From: an uncultured Lachnospiraceae bacterium | GTDB lineage: Bacteria; Bacillota; Clostridia; Oscillospirales; CAG-272 | Reading direction: 5' to 3' | NCBI GenBank assembly: GCA_964534905.1 | Contig: CAZHPZ010000001.1 | Span: 21,719-85,718, forward strand | DNA length: 64,000 nucleotides | Shown here: positions 36,793-45,840 of the stretch, one piece after another | Position numbering within the stretch: position 1 is the first letter of the stretch | How the letters are laid out: each line of letters begins with the position of its first letter | Position numbers and translations under genes: made by a program | Notes under the pieces: model-generated | Told to the model about the DNA's origin: nothing | The model's input: the letters and a program-made list of their open reading frames with translations, nothing else | Databases searched by the model: none

Positions 36793-37918
36793 AAATTACA
36801 ACAGAGAAAAATTTAACAGCGGCTCCGGAGATGAAAACAGGTATGTCACAAGCACGCAGACGAGCAGGGAAAACCGCTCATCGCTTGCTATCGTGGCGGC
36901 TGTGCTCGTGCTTGCGATAATTGCAACGGCAGTTTTGCGTGATATTGCAGAGGATAGCTCTCAGGTTTGGAATCCCGTAAATTCCACAACCACGAGCACC
37001 ACCGTAACAACGACGTCGCCGAGTATAACACCCGATAATAAAAATCATCCGTATGCAACCGTTACCGATAAGACGCAATTTGTTGCAAGCTCCGGCGGAG
37101 AAGCGCTTTACGGACTTGATATAAGCTCCGATTTTGCAATTCTCGTAAATCTATCCGATATGAGCACGCTCGCGTATAAATATGCCGACGAGCTTATTTA
37201 TCCGGCGTCTATGACAAAAATAATGACGGTAGTTACAGCACTTGATATGATAGAAGATCTTGATGACGGATATGTAATCACAAAAGATGTGCTTTCGCAA
37301 GTGCCGAGCGACGCTTCCACAGCGTGGCTTTCGAGCTATAAGGGCAAGACAGTCAGCGTCAGAGACCTGCTTTACGGCATAACTTATATGTCGGGAGCAG
37401 ATTCCGTGCTCTGCCTTATCGACTATCTCAATCTTACTGTGCCGGAATTTGCGGTGCTTATGAATGAAAAGGCAAACGAGATCGGAATGGAAAGGACGAA
37501 TTTTGGCGGAGCGATAGGTATGGATACCGAGAATAATACCACGACCTGCCGTGATATTGCGGCTCTGATGGCTTATGCTATGGAAAATCCGCTTTGCCGT
37601 GAGCTTTTCGGCGGTACATCGTACCGACTTGATTATCTTAATCTTACGTATTATAATTCCACGCTTAAGAAGACGATGGAAAATATGGGTACGAATGCGG
37701 AGAATGTGCTTGGTAGAGATTATACTCTTTTGGCGGCAAAATCGGGGCTTGAGGATAAGGCGGGATATTGCCTTGCTTCATATATCAGAAACGATGTTAC
37801 GGGTGAGCTTTTCGTTCTCGTTACCGCAAGGGCGGACAGAAGTGACGCTGACGATTATCCGCCGAATAAAAATACAATAATCGATATGATGAAGATCATA
37901 GATAGAGTGAAGCCGTAA
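36782..37918 (+). CDS. Membrane-anchored serine-type D-Ala-D-Ala carboxypeptidase (S11-like)
   Basis: N-terminal TM anchor, SxxK motif PASMTKIMT, KSG triad (AAKSGLE). Confidence 0.75.
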   Translation: MGNKNYNREKFNSGSGDENRYVTSTQTSRENRSSLAIVAAVLVLAIIATAVLRDIAEDSSQVWNPVNSTTTSTTVTTTSPSITPDNKNHPYATVTDKTQFVASSGGEALYGLDISSDFAILVNLSDMSTLAYKYADELIYPASMTKIMTVVTALDMIEDLDDGYVITKDVLSQVPSDASTAWLSSYKGKTVSVRDLLYGITYMSGADSVLCLIDYLNLTVPEFAVLMNEKANEIGMERTNFGGAIGMDTENNTTTCRDIAALMAYAMENPLCRELFGGTSYRLDYLNLTYYNSTLKKTMENMGTNAENVLGRDYTLLAAKSGLEDKAGYCLASYIRNDVTGELFVLVTARADRSDADDYPPNKNTIIDMMKIIDRVKP

Positions 37919-38055
37919 ATATTTACACAAATTCTTATTTATTTTTACTGAATTTTGTTAATCTTTTTTGGTAAAAAATACTTTACATTTTGCAAATTTT
38001 TTGTTATACTTAATCGTCAAAAAATCTTATTTTTTGAGCGTAAAGGAGATTTATT

Positions 38056-39252
38056 ATGAGTCGTTTGATCGGAACAGTATCAAGGGGCGTAAGAGCGCCC
38101 ATAATCAAGAGCGGCGATGATATCGTTGATATAGTATCGTCCTGTATCCTCAATGCATCTAAGGAGGAGAATATTCCGCTTCGAGACCGTGACGTTATTG
38201 CGATGACCGAGGCTATCGTTGCACGTGCGCAGGGAAACTATGCCACGGTTGACGATATTGCGGCTGATGTCAAAGCAAAATTCGGCGGTGAAACAGTCGG
38301 AGTTATTTTCCCGATTCTCAGCCGTAACCGTTTTTCGGTGTGTCTTGCCGGTATAGCAAGAGGAGCAAAGAAGATAGTTCTTATGCTCTCCTATCCCTCG
38401 GATGAGGTCGGAAACCACCTTGTGAGCCTTGACAAGATAGATGAGCTTGGTATTAATCCGTACAGCGATATTCTTGATATTAAGAAATACCGTGAATGCT
38501 TCGGATATGAAAAGCATCGCTTTACAGGCGTTGATTATGTTGAATTTTATGAAAAGCTTATCAGAGAGAACGGCGCAGACTGCGAGATAGTTTTCGCAAA
38601 TGACGCACGTGCTATCCTGAATTATACCGATAACGTGCTTGCCTGCGATATACATACGAGAGCGAGAACAAAGAGAATACTTAGGGCTGCGGGCGCTAAG
38701 AATGTTTACGGCCTTGACGATATACTTTCCGAGAGTGTAAATGGCTCCGGATATAACGAGAAATACGGACTTCTCGGCTCAAATAAGGCAACGGACGAGC
38801 AGATCAAGCTCTTCCCGAGAGATTGCCGCCCTGTTGTTGACGCTATTCAAAAGAGAATATTCGATGAGACAGGCAAGAGAGTCGAGGTAATGGTGTACGG
38901 CGACGGCGCGTTTAAGGATCCCGTGGGTAAGATATGGGAGCTTGCCGATCCGATCGTTTCGCCTGCATATACAAGCGGACTTGAGGGTACCCCCAACGAG
39001 CTTAAGCTTAAGTATCTTGCGGATAACGATTTTGCCGATCTTTCCGGAGATGCACTTCGTGACGCTATCAAGGAAAGAATCATCGAAAAGGACGAAAACC
39101 TTGTCGGAAATATGGCAAGTGAGGGAACAACCCCACGTCAGCTTACCGACCTTATCGGTTCGCTCTGTGACTTGACATCCGGTTCCGGCGATAAGGGAAC
39201 TCCCATCGTTTGGATTCAGGGCTATTTCGATAACTATACAACGGAATATTGA
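38056..39252 (+). CDS. CofE-like (F420-0:gamma-glutamyl ligase family) protein with a long C-terminal extension
   Basis: The N-terminal 230 aa resemble the F420-ligase fold ([12 protein letters not shown]...[14 protein letters not shown]). The assignment is from memory only. Confidence 0.5.
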   Translation: MSRLIGTVSRGVRAPIIKSGDDIVDIVSSCILNASKEENIPLRDRDVIAMTEAIVARAQGNYATVDDIAADVKAKFGGETVGVIFPILSRNRFSVCLAGIARGAKKIVLMLSYPSDEVGNHLVSLDKIDELGINPYSDILDIKKYRECFGYEKHRFTGVDYVEFYEKLIRENGADCEIVFANDARAILNYTDNVLACDIHTRARTKRILRAAGAKNVYGLDDILSESVNGSGYNEKYGLLGSNKATDEQIKLFPRDCRPVVDAIQKRIFDETGKRVEVMVYGDGAFKDPVGKIWELADPIVSPAYTSGLEGTPNELKLKYLADNDFADLSGDALRDAIKERIIEKDENLVGNMASEGTTPRQLTDLIGSLCDLTSGSGDKGTPIVWIQGYFDNYTTEY

Positions 39253-39264
39253 TAAATAAAGCGT

Positions 39265-39296
39265 AAGCGCTCGGATAAAATCCGAGCGCTTTTTTA
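39265..39296 (+). terminator. Intrinsic terminator
   Basis: AAGCGCTCGGA / TCCGAGCGCTT stem followed by a T-run. Confidence 0.8.
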
Positions 39297-39309
39297 TTTT
39301 CAAAAAATG

Positions 39310-39338
39310 TTTACAAATGTCGATGATTGTGCTATAAT
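39310..39338 (+). promoter_or_regulatory. Promoter of structured RNA copy B
   Basis: TTTACA, a 17-nt spacer, then TATAAT, followed by GAAATTTGCCAAAC. Confidence 0.65.
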
Positions 39339-39559
39339 GAAATTTGCCAAACAAGTTGAATAAAAAAGCGGGTATATATTAGCATAACTATACCTTTTTT
39401 CATCATACCATTTTACAATTTGATAAAATGCAAATTCCGATGGAATGGTGAAAAAATTATATGATCATATGCTTGATTATATTGCTTTGCTTTCTTTAAC
39501 TTGTTTGGCGACAATGGAGTTTGCGTTTTTGTGCGCTGACTTCGTTGGCGCACTTTTTT
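39339..39559 (+). ncRNA. Unclassified structured RNA or leader, copy B
   Basis: Closing helix 39346-39357/39498-39509. Inner 18-bp helix 39395-39412/39439-39456 caps the conserved loop TTGATAAAATGCAAATTCC. The terminator occupies 39531-39553 and is followed by TTTTTT, ending 27 nt before the next ATG. Confidence 0.6.
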
Positions 39560-39586
39560 ATTTATATTTTGAAAGGAGAAAATATT

Positions 39587-40804
39587 ATGAAAAAGAAACT
39601 TTTGTCCATGATTTTGGCGTTTCTTACTTTTTTGGTGTTGTCATCGTTGTTCGTATCCTGTATCATTTTGTATCCCTACGATTCAACATCGACAGACAAG
39701 AACGGACAGATTATTAAACCGAGTGAGAGTGATTCTGTAGTCGATAGTACAATAACTAAGTCGAGTAGTGAAAAAACAGATTCTAAATCTGATGATGATC
39801 CTGAATATGAGGCAATGGACTTCTTTAAGGAGGACGTAAGTCAGTGGGTAACTCTCGGTCAGTGGCAGAATATGAAGGTAGAGGTGTCTATGCTTGAGGT
39901 ACCCGAGGATTATATAGATAAACAGATAAATGTCGCGCTTTTCCAGAGCAGTCTCTATACAAAGGTAGAAGAGGGTACGGTTACCGACGGAGTTATATTT
40001 AACTTCGACTATACCGGATACATCAACGGAGTTCGCTTTGAGGGCGGCTCGGCAACGAATACGAGCGCATATATAGACGGAAATGATTTTATAACCGTTA
40101 CCACGAGCGGTACGGGAATGTTCATCGACGGCTTTGCACAGGGAACACTCGGCGCCAAGGTCGGAGAGACAATAGACGTTAACGTTACGTTCCCCGAGAA
40201 TTATTCCGAAAAGGATTATGCGGGCAAGGAAGCCGTTTTCAAGGTAAAGATAAATTATATCTATAAGACCGAGCTTACGGACGAAAACGCAAGCACTCTT
40301 TCAAGCAAGAAGTATACGACTGCGGAATCCTTCAGAGCATATCTTAAGGATTATATTGACGAGAGCCTTGAGGAGAATAATATAGCTACTCTTTGGGGGC
40401 AGATTGTTAAGAACGCTACGTTTATCGAGATTCCCGAGCAGGAATTCAACTATATGTTCAACGCTTTCAAATCAACCATAAATTCGCTTACCGCTTACGG
40501 TATTACATATGAGCAGGCGCTTCAGTATTACGGATTTGCGGACGAGGAGGAGCTTAAGGAGTACACCAATGACCTTATAAAGAGCGAGCTTGTCGTTTAT
40601 GCGATAATGCAGGCAAACGAGATCGACGCGTCCGATGAGGAAATTGCGGCGAAGCTTACCGAGCTTGCAAAGGAAGCCGAAAAAACAGAGGACGAATTTG
40701 TCGAGGCATACGGAATGGACTACGTTAAGCAGAAGGTAATGCTTGAAAAGACGGATGCTCTTGTACTCGGCTCAAACACATTCGTGCTTGAGACAGATAA
40801 ATAA
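39587..40804 (+). CDS. Trigger-factor-like FKBP-type PPIase lipoprotein
   Basis: Lipobox LFVSC. PPIase segment GVIFNFDYTGYINGVRFEGG...FIDGFAQGTLGAKVGE, plus a helical C-terminal domain as in trigger factor. Confidence 0.65.
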   Translation: MKKKLLSMILAFLTFLVLSSLFVSCIILYPYDSTSTDKNGQIIKPSESDSVVDSTITKSSSEKTDSKSDDDPEYEAMDFFKEDVSQWVTLGQWQNMKVEVSMLEVPEDYIDKQINVALFQSSLYTKVEEGTVTDGVIFNFDYTGYINGVRFEGGSATNTSAYIDGNDFITVTTSGTGMFIDGFAQGTLGAKVGETIDVNVTFPENYSEKDYAGKEAVFKVKINYIYKTELTDENASTLSSKKYTTAESFRAYLKDYIDESLEENNIATLWGQIVKNATFIEIPEQEFNYMFNAFKSTINSLTAYGITYEQALQYYGFADEEELKEYTNDLIKSELVVYAIMQANEIDASDEEIAAKLTELAKEAEKTEDEFVEAYGMDYVKQKVMLEKTDALVLGSNTFVLETDK

Positions 40805-40813
40805 TATAAAAAT

Positions 40814-40854
40814 ATCCGCAGAGACGTTTTGAAACGTCCTGCGGATTGTTTTTT
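40814..40854. terminator. Bidirectional terminator between convergent genes
   Basis: ATCCGCAGAGACGTTT / AAACGTCCTGCGGAT stem (one bulge) followed by a T-run. Confidence 0.75.
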
Positions 40855-40859
40855 GTGAA

Positions 40860-41639
40860 TTATTGTTCCTTTTGAAGTGCGTAGACCGCATTTCTTACAA
40901 GTGAGCGGGGAGCGAGTCTGTTGGAAAAAACGATGATCTTGTTTACAAAGCCGCAAACACAGAGGGGCTTGCCGCGTTTCATATTCTTATATCCGAATTC
41001 CGCAACGGTATTGGGATCCCAAACCTTGAGGTTTTTGAAAAGTCCGGATTCGCCGAGCTCGGACGAGGATTCAAAATTGGTTTTGATAGGTCCGGGGCAG
41101 AGTGCCGTGACGGTAACTCCCGTACCCTTAAGCTCACGTGTGAGAGCCTGTGAAAACGAGAGAACAAACGCCTTTGTCGCATAGTAAACGCTCATAAGAG
41201 GTCCCGCCTGAAATGCGGCAATGGAATCGACGTTGAGAATTTTGCCATCTCCGCGTTCGACCATTGAGGGAAGATAGAGCCTGCAAAGCTGCATAAGCGC
41301 CGTAACGTTAAGGTTTACCATTCTTATCTGCTTGTCTGCATCGCTTTTGTGAAATTCACCGAAATCGCCGAATCCCGCATTGTTTACGAGAACATCGACA
41401 GTGAGTCCGAGCCTCTCGGTTTCGGCAAATACTTCGTTGACGCATTCCGTTTTGCAAAGATCACGTGCTATGACGTATGATTTGATTCCGTATTTCTTTT
41501 CTATATCGGCTTTGATCTCGTTAAGCTTCGATTCATTTCTCGCAACGAGCACGACGTCGTAGCCCTCGCGCGCGAAAATGTTTACGAACGAAAGACCGAG
41601 TCCGCCGCTCGCACCTGTAATAAGTGCCGTTTTATTCAT
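40860..41639 (-). CDS. Short-chain dehydrogenase/reductase
   Basis: TGASGGLG cofactor motif, NNAG, YxxxK (YYATKAF). ATG at 41639. Confidence 0.85.
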   Translation of the reverse strand: MNKTALITGASGGLGLSFVNIFAREGYDVVLVARNESKLNEIKADIEKKYGIKSYVIARDLCKTECVNEVFAETERLGLTVDVLVNNAGFGDFGEFHKSDADKQIRMVNLNVTALMQLCRLYLPSMVERGDGKILNVDSIAAFQAGPLMSVYYATKAFVLSFSQALTRELKGTGVTVTALCPGPIKTNFESSSELGESGLFKNLKVWDPNTVAEFGYKNMKRGKPLCVCGFVNKIIVFSNRLAPRSLVRNAVYALQKEQ

Positions 41640-41772
41640 ATTTATCTCCGATCCGCCGCACGGGGCGGCTTTGTGTTTTGATTTAATTATACACGATTTT
41701 TTGTAAAATGCAACCTTAAAAAGGATAAAAACAATAAAAAAGAAAAATATCTCAAAAAAATTCACAAATCTC

Positions 41773-41801
41773 TTGACAAAGCCGTTTTGCTGTGATATAA
41801 T
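41773..41801 (+). promoter_or_regulatory. Promoter of tRNA-Gln(CUG)
   Basis: TTGACA, a 17-nt spacer, then TATAAT (both hexamers consensus). Confidence 0.75.
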
Positions 41802-41815
41802 AACAAAGTCGCTGA

Positions 41816-41891
41816 TGGGGCATCGCCAAGCGGTAAGGCAACGGACTCTGACTCCGTCATTACCTAGGTTCGAATCCTAGTGCCCCAGCCA
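41816..41891 (+). tRNA. tRNA-Gln (anticodon CUG)
   Basis: Acceptor TGGGGCA/TGCCCCA, anticodon stem ACGGA/TCCGT with loop CTCTGAC, T-arm CTAGGTTCGAATCCTAG, encoded CCA. Confidence 0.95.
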
Positions 41892-41898
41892 TTGAAGA

Positions 41899-41929
41899 AG
41901 CAGATTGCTAAGGCAATCTGCTTTTTTTG
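41899..41929 (+). terminator. tRNA terminator
   Basis: AGCAGATTGC / GCAATCTGCT stem with a TAAG loop and TTTTTTT. Confidence 0.85.
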
Positions 41930-42073
41930 TTGTATTTATAGTTTTATTTGCGATTGACTCACAAAAAATGTATGAGGCATCTGTAAATTTAACAATTTGT
42001 TATTGAAATTGTGCGAAAAGCGTGATATAATCAATGCATAAATAAATTTTTGCAACTACGGAGGTAATATATT

Positions 42074-43075
42074 ATGCCGGGACCAGGCGGAGGATCAAGA
42101 GGAGGCGGCTTCGGAGGAGGCTCACGAGGCGGCGGATTTAGCGGCGGAGGCGGCAGACCGGGCGGCTTTGGCGGCGGTGGAAGACCGGGACCGGGCGGAC
42201 CGAGACCGGGTGGCTTCGGAGGCCCTCACGGACCGATGCATCACGGACCGCGTCATCACAGACCGTTTTTCCACAGACCTTTCTTTCACAGACCTTACGG
42301 CGGCGGAGGCGGTTGCCTCGGCAGTATGTTCGGAATGATCATTTCGATCTTTTTTATAGGAATTTTGCTTTTTGCACTCTTGTTCGGAGGTGTGGCATCG
42401 CTTTTTAACGGTTGCAGCTTTGAAGCGGTGAACGGCTATGACGAGAGCGCCCTGCAGGAATATGCAAATAAGCAGTATGCCGTTGCGTTCGGAAATACCG
42501 ATGATTACGAGTCAAATATACTTTTGGTATTTACAGTTTATAACGATTACAGCGGATACGAAACGATTGCTTTTGTTGGATATAATATCGATTCCGATAT
42601 ATCGAATATGTACGGAAACGAATATACCGATTACGGTATTGCCGTTATGGCTTATATGCCCGATTATTATGAATATTCGATATCAAAAAATCTTGCGGAC
42701 ATAGTTGAATCTATGCAGGAAAAGACCGCAAGGTACGCAAGCGCGGACGGCGAGGTCGACACAAGCTTTTCAAAGCTGATTAACAATTCAAATCTTGTCT
42801 CGATGAACGAAGAAACCGTAAATAAGGCACTCGTTTCCTTTACCGAGAAGACGGGCATCAGCATTGCGGTGGTCGTTGCCGACGGAGTGGACGTTTTCGG
42901 AGAATCCAAGGAATTTGAAATTCTCGGAATAATTGCGATAATTATCATCGCAGTCATCGCTCTCGTTGCTATTTTCAGCAAGAGAGGCGGAGGCAAGAGC
43001 GGAAGCTCGGCATCGAAAACCGATCCCAATGCGGGACAGGGAAAATATGATCCCAATACAGGCACTTATACCTGA
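42074..43075 (+). CDS. Membrane protein with a Gly/Arg/Pro/His-rich low-complexity N-terminus
   Basis: About 80 aa of GGSRGGGFGG and HRPFFHRPFFHRPY repeats, then a TM segment, a domain of about 190 aa, a second TM segment and a basic tail. GGAGG RBS. Confidence 0.6.
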   Translation: MPGPGGGSRGGGFGGGSRGGGFSGGGGRPGGFGGGGRPGPGGPRPGGFGGPHGPMHHGPRHHRPFFHRPFFHRPYGGGGGCLGSMFGMIISIFFIGILLFALLFGGVASLFNGCSFEAVNGYDESALQEYANKQYAVAFGNTDDYESNILLVFTVYNDYSGYETIAFVGYNIDSDISNMYGNEYTDYGIAVMAYMPDYYEYSISKNLADIVESMQEKTARYASADGEVDTSFSKLINNSNLVSMNEETVNKALVSFTEKTGISIAVVVADGVDVFGESKEFEILGIIAIIIIAVIALVAIFSKRGGGKSGSSASKTDPNAGQGKYDPNTGTYT

Positions 43076-43236
43076 TATCAGGTGATAAAGAGCGGAGCGG
43101 TTGCTCCGCTTTTTGTGTATTTCAGATGATTGTTATTGTTAAAAAAATGTGAAAATTTTATCAATCATATTGACATAAAACGCGGTATAATATATAATTA
43201 AAGTGTACATTTCTATAAAATCCGAAAGGAGGAAAA

Positions 43237-44754
43237 ATGAATAATCTTATTAAAGTTTTAAAGGAATCCGTGCAGTCGGTTATGCCCATATTTGCGATAG
43301 TTCTGCTTCTCAGTATAACAGTGGCGCCTATGCAGTCGGGAATACTCGTAATGTTTTTGTTCGGCACTCTGATGATAATCGTCGGAATGGGATTCTTTAC
43401 TGTCGGCTCCGGAATTTCGATGGAGCCTCTCGGAGAGGGCATCGGTGCCACTCTCGGAAAGTCGAAGAAGCTCGGCTTGCCGATGATAATCTGCTTGGTG
43501 CTCGGTATGCTCATAACCATCGCAGAGCCCGATCTTTCGGTGCTTGCGGAGCAGGTGCCGTCGATACCGAATATGGTGCTTATACTCAGCGTAGCGGTCG
43601 GCGTGGGTATTTTCCTCGTTATTGCGATGATACGTGCGAGAAAGGGAATACCGCTTAAGAATCTCTTGCTCGTGTTTTACGGATTTATAATCATTCTTGC
43701 GTTTTTTGCTCCGGATGATTTTATTCCTACCGCCTTCGATTCGGGCGGAGTTACCACGGGCCCGATAACTGTTCCGTTTATTATGGCTCTCGGTGCCGGT
43801 ATGGCGTCGATGAGCACGGCTAAGAACGCACGTGAAAATTCATTCGGCTTGATAGCGCTCTGCTCGATAGGTCCGATACTCTCGGTTCTCGTGCTCAGCA
43901 TAGTTTTCAACCCGTCAAGCGAAACTACACAGACTACGATAAAGGTTGCCGAAACCACAAAGGAAGCGTTTGCAGCGTTTCTTGAGGGCTTGCCTCAGTA
44001 TGCGGAGGAGGTACTTATCGCAATACTTCCGATTCTCGGCGTGCTTGTTGTGTTCCAGCTCATAAGCCGACGCTTCAATAAGCATCAGCTTCTTAAAATG
44101 TGCATGGGATTTCTCTATACTTACATAGGTCTTGTTCTGTTCCTCACCGGTGCGAACGTAGGCTTTATGCCTGCGGGACGTCTTATCGGCTCGAAGATAG
44201 CGGAGAGCGATATGAAATATATGCTTATTCCGATAGGCGCTCTGATGGGATATTTCGTGGTCAGTGCGGAGCCTGCGGTGCATTCGCTTAAAAAGCAGGT
44301 TGAGGAAATAACGAACGGCTCTATATCACAAAAATCGATAGGACTTGCACTTTCCGTCGGCGTTGCCGTTTCTGTCGGCATTGCAATGCTGCGCGTCCTT
44401 ACGGGAATTCCGATCCTTCCGATACTTATTGTCGGATATGCTATCTCGCTTGCCATAACATTCTTTGTTCCGCCTATATATACGGGTATCGCGTTCGACT
44501 CGGGCGGAGTTGCATCGGGACCTATGTCGACGACGTTTATTCTGCCGTTTGCGATAGGCGCCTGCGAAACTCTCGGCGGAAATATTATGACGGACGCATT
44601 CGGAATAGTCGCTATGGTAGCGATGACTCCCCTTATCGCCATTCAGGTAATGGGACTGTTCTCGGAGATCAAGAGAAAGAAATCCCTTGCTGCCGCTAAG
44701 CGTGAAATGCTCTCGCTTGAGGACGATATGATTTACTACGAGGAGGTGGCTTGA
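43237..44754 (+). CDS. DUF1538-family membrane protein (internally duplicated)
   Basis: Polytopic protein with the motif AFDSGGV(T/A)(T/S)GP occurring twice (FDSGGVTTGPITVPF and FDSGGVASGPMSTTF). Confidence 0.75.
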   Translation: MNNLIKVLKESVQSVMPIFAIVLLLSITVAPMQSGILVMFLFGTLMIIVGMGFFTVGSGISMEPLGEGIGATLGKSKKLGLPMIICLVLGMLITIAEPDLSVLAEQVPSIPNMVLILSVAVGVGIFLVIAMIRARKGIPLKNLLLVFYGFIIILAFFAPDDFIPTAFDSGGVTTGPITVPFIMALGAGMASMSTAKNARENSFGLIALCSIGPILSVLVLSIVFNPSSETTQTTIKVAETTKEAFAAFLEGLPQYAEEVLIAILPILGVLVVFQLISRRFNKHQLLKMCMGFLYTYIGLVLFLTGANVGFMPAGRLIGSKIAESDMKYMLIPIGALMGYFVVSAEPAVHSLKKQVEEITNGSISQKSIGLALSVGVAVSVGIAMLRVLTGIPILPILIVGYAISLAITFFVPPIYTGIAFDSGGVASGPMSTTFILPFAIGACETLGGNIMTDAFGIVAMVAMTPLIAIQVMGLFSEIKRKKSLAAAKREMLSLEDDMIYYEEVA

Positions 44755-44755
44755 T

Positions 44756-45436
44756 ATGGCAGAGGAAATGAATCGCGTGATGGCTGTTTTCTCCATAATA
44801 ACACGCGGAAAGGCAAAAACCTATATGGAGACGCTCGCCTCTCGCGGAATAGGGTTCAATATCCAAATGACCGCGCACGGCACCGCTCCCTCGGAGATGA
44901 TGGATATTTTCGGACTCGGAACAAACGATAAGGATATCGTTCTGAGCCTTGCACCCGAGAATATCATAAATTCGTATGCATACGACCTTTCGAAAAATAT
45001 CAGCGGAAGCTTTGAATACGGCGGACTTATGATGTGCATAAGACTTTCCGCCATAAGCAGGCTCACAAGCGAGCTTGTTGTGAGAAGAAGCACAGACAAT
45101 ACTGAAGCAGGAGGAAAAAAGAAAGTGAAAAATACACAGAAGCATCAGCTTATAGTTGTATCCGTAAACCAGGGATACACCGATGCGGTGATGGAGACCG
45201 CAAGGCGTGCGGGCGCAAGCGGGGGAACCGTTTTGCGTGCAAGACTTGCCGATTCCGACGCACTCTCAAGCCTCGGCGATCTTGCGGTTCAGCAGGAGAG
45301 AGAGGTGCTTACTATCTTTGCTCCGGCAACGACAGCCTCGGGCATTATGGACGAGATAAACCGTGAGCACGGTGTAACAAGCCCGGCAAATGGAATGGTA
45401 ATTGCTCTGCCCGTTGATAAGGCTTACAAAATTTAA
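44756..45436 (+). CDS. Tandem P-II-like (nitrogen-regulatory-protein fold) protein
   Basis: Two segments of about 95 aa with a beta-alpha-beta pattern (MAVFSIITRGKAKTYMETLASRGIGFNI and LIVVSVNQGYTDAVMETARRAGASGGTV). The start lies 1 nt after the DUF1538 stop. Confidence 0.65.
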   Translation: MAEEMNRVMAVFSIITRGKAKTYMETLASRGIGFNIQMTAHGTAPSEMMDIFGLGTNDKDIVLSLAPENIINSYAYDLSKNISGSFEYGGLMMCIRLSAISRLTSELVVRRSTDNTEAGGKKKVKNTQKHQLIVVSVNQGYTDAVMETARRAGASGGTVLRARLADSDALSSLGDLAVQQEREVLTIFAPATTASGIMDEINREHGVTSPANGMVIALPVDKAYKI

Positions 45437-45443
45437 AAAAATA

Positions 45444-45473
45444 TCGGAGCGTGATCTCACGCTCCGAATTTTT
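45444..45473. terminator. Bidirectional terminator
   Basis: Perfect 11-bp stem TCGGAGCGTGA / TCACGCTCCGA followed by a T-run. Confidence 0.8.
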
Positions 45474-45714
45474 ATACCTTAAAAAGCTCCTCCATGCTTA
45501 TGTCCAAAACCTTTGAAATGATGTAAATCTCCTTGTCGGTGGCGGCACGAAGCTGTCCCTCAAGCTTGGAATAGCTTGTGGGATTGATGTCGCATCCCTC
45601 AACCTGAAGCTTCGCTATAAAGTCCTTTTGCTTTATATGGCGCTCCTTGCGAAGCGTTTCGATGTTTTTGCCGACCAGATTTGCATTTCCGTAACCGTTT
45701 TTGCGTATCTTCAT
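45472..45714 (-). CDS. XRE-family HTH transcriptional regulator (80 aa)
   Basis: LVGKNIETLRKERHIKQKDFIAKL HTH segment. ATG at 45714. Confidence 0.75.
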   Translation of the reverse strand: MKIRKNGYGNANLVGKNIETLRKERHIKQKDFIAKLQVEGCDINPTSYSKLEGQLRAATDKEIYIISKVLDISMEELFKV

Positions 45715-45761
45715 ATGTATCCCCCAATAATTATTTTTTAGAATTATATCGTAAAAGGATA

Positions 45762-45790
45762 TTGACAAAATTCTGAAAGAGAATTATAAT
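45762..45790 (+). promoter_or_regulatory. Promoter of the GLUG lipoprotein gene
   Basis: TTGACA, a 17-nt spacer, then TATAAT. Confidence 0.65.
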
Positions 45791-45840
45791 GAAATTAATT
45801 CCAAATCGGAATAATATTGGTTTGCTTTTTAGGAGGTCAT

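Noticed and set aside
42074-42330. GGN/CGN-rich repetitive DNA that could be mistaken for a tandem-repeat or CRISPR-like array.
   Set aside because: It is the in-frame coding sequence for the Gly/Arg/Pro-rich N-terminus. There is no fixed repeat-spacer periodicity.
45724-45820. A short inverted repeat, CCAATAATTATT / AATAATATTGG, flanks the TTGACA, 17 nt, TATAAT promoter between the XRE gene and the GLUG lipoprotein gene. This could be a second inverton.
   Set aside because: The repeat is only 11 AT-rich positions with a 1-nt gap, which is easily a chance match in AT-rich intergenic DNA. The left arm overlaps the XRE RBS. An operator for the XRE protein (ATTCC-AAATC-GGAAT at about 45797-45811) is a simpler reading.
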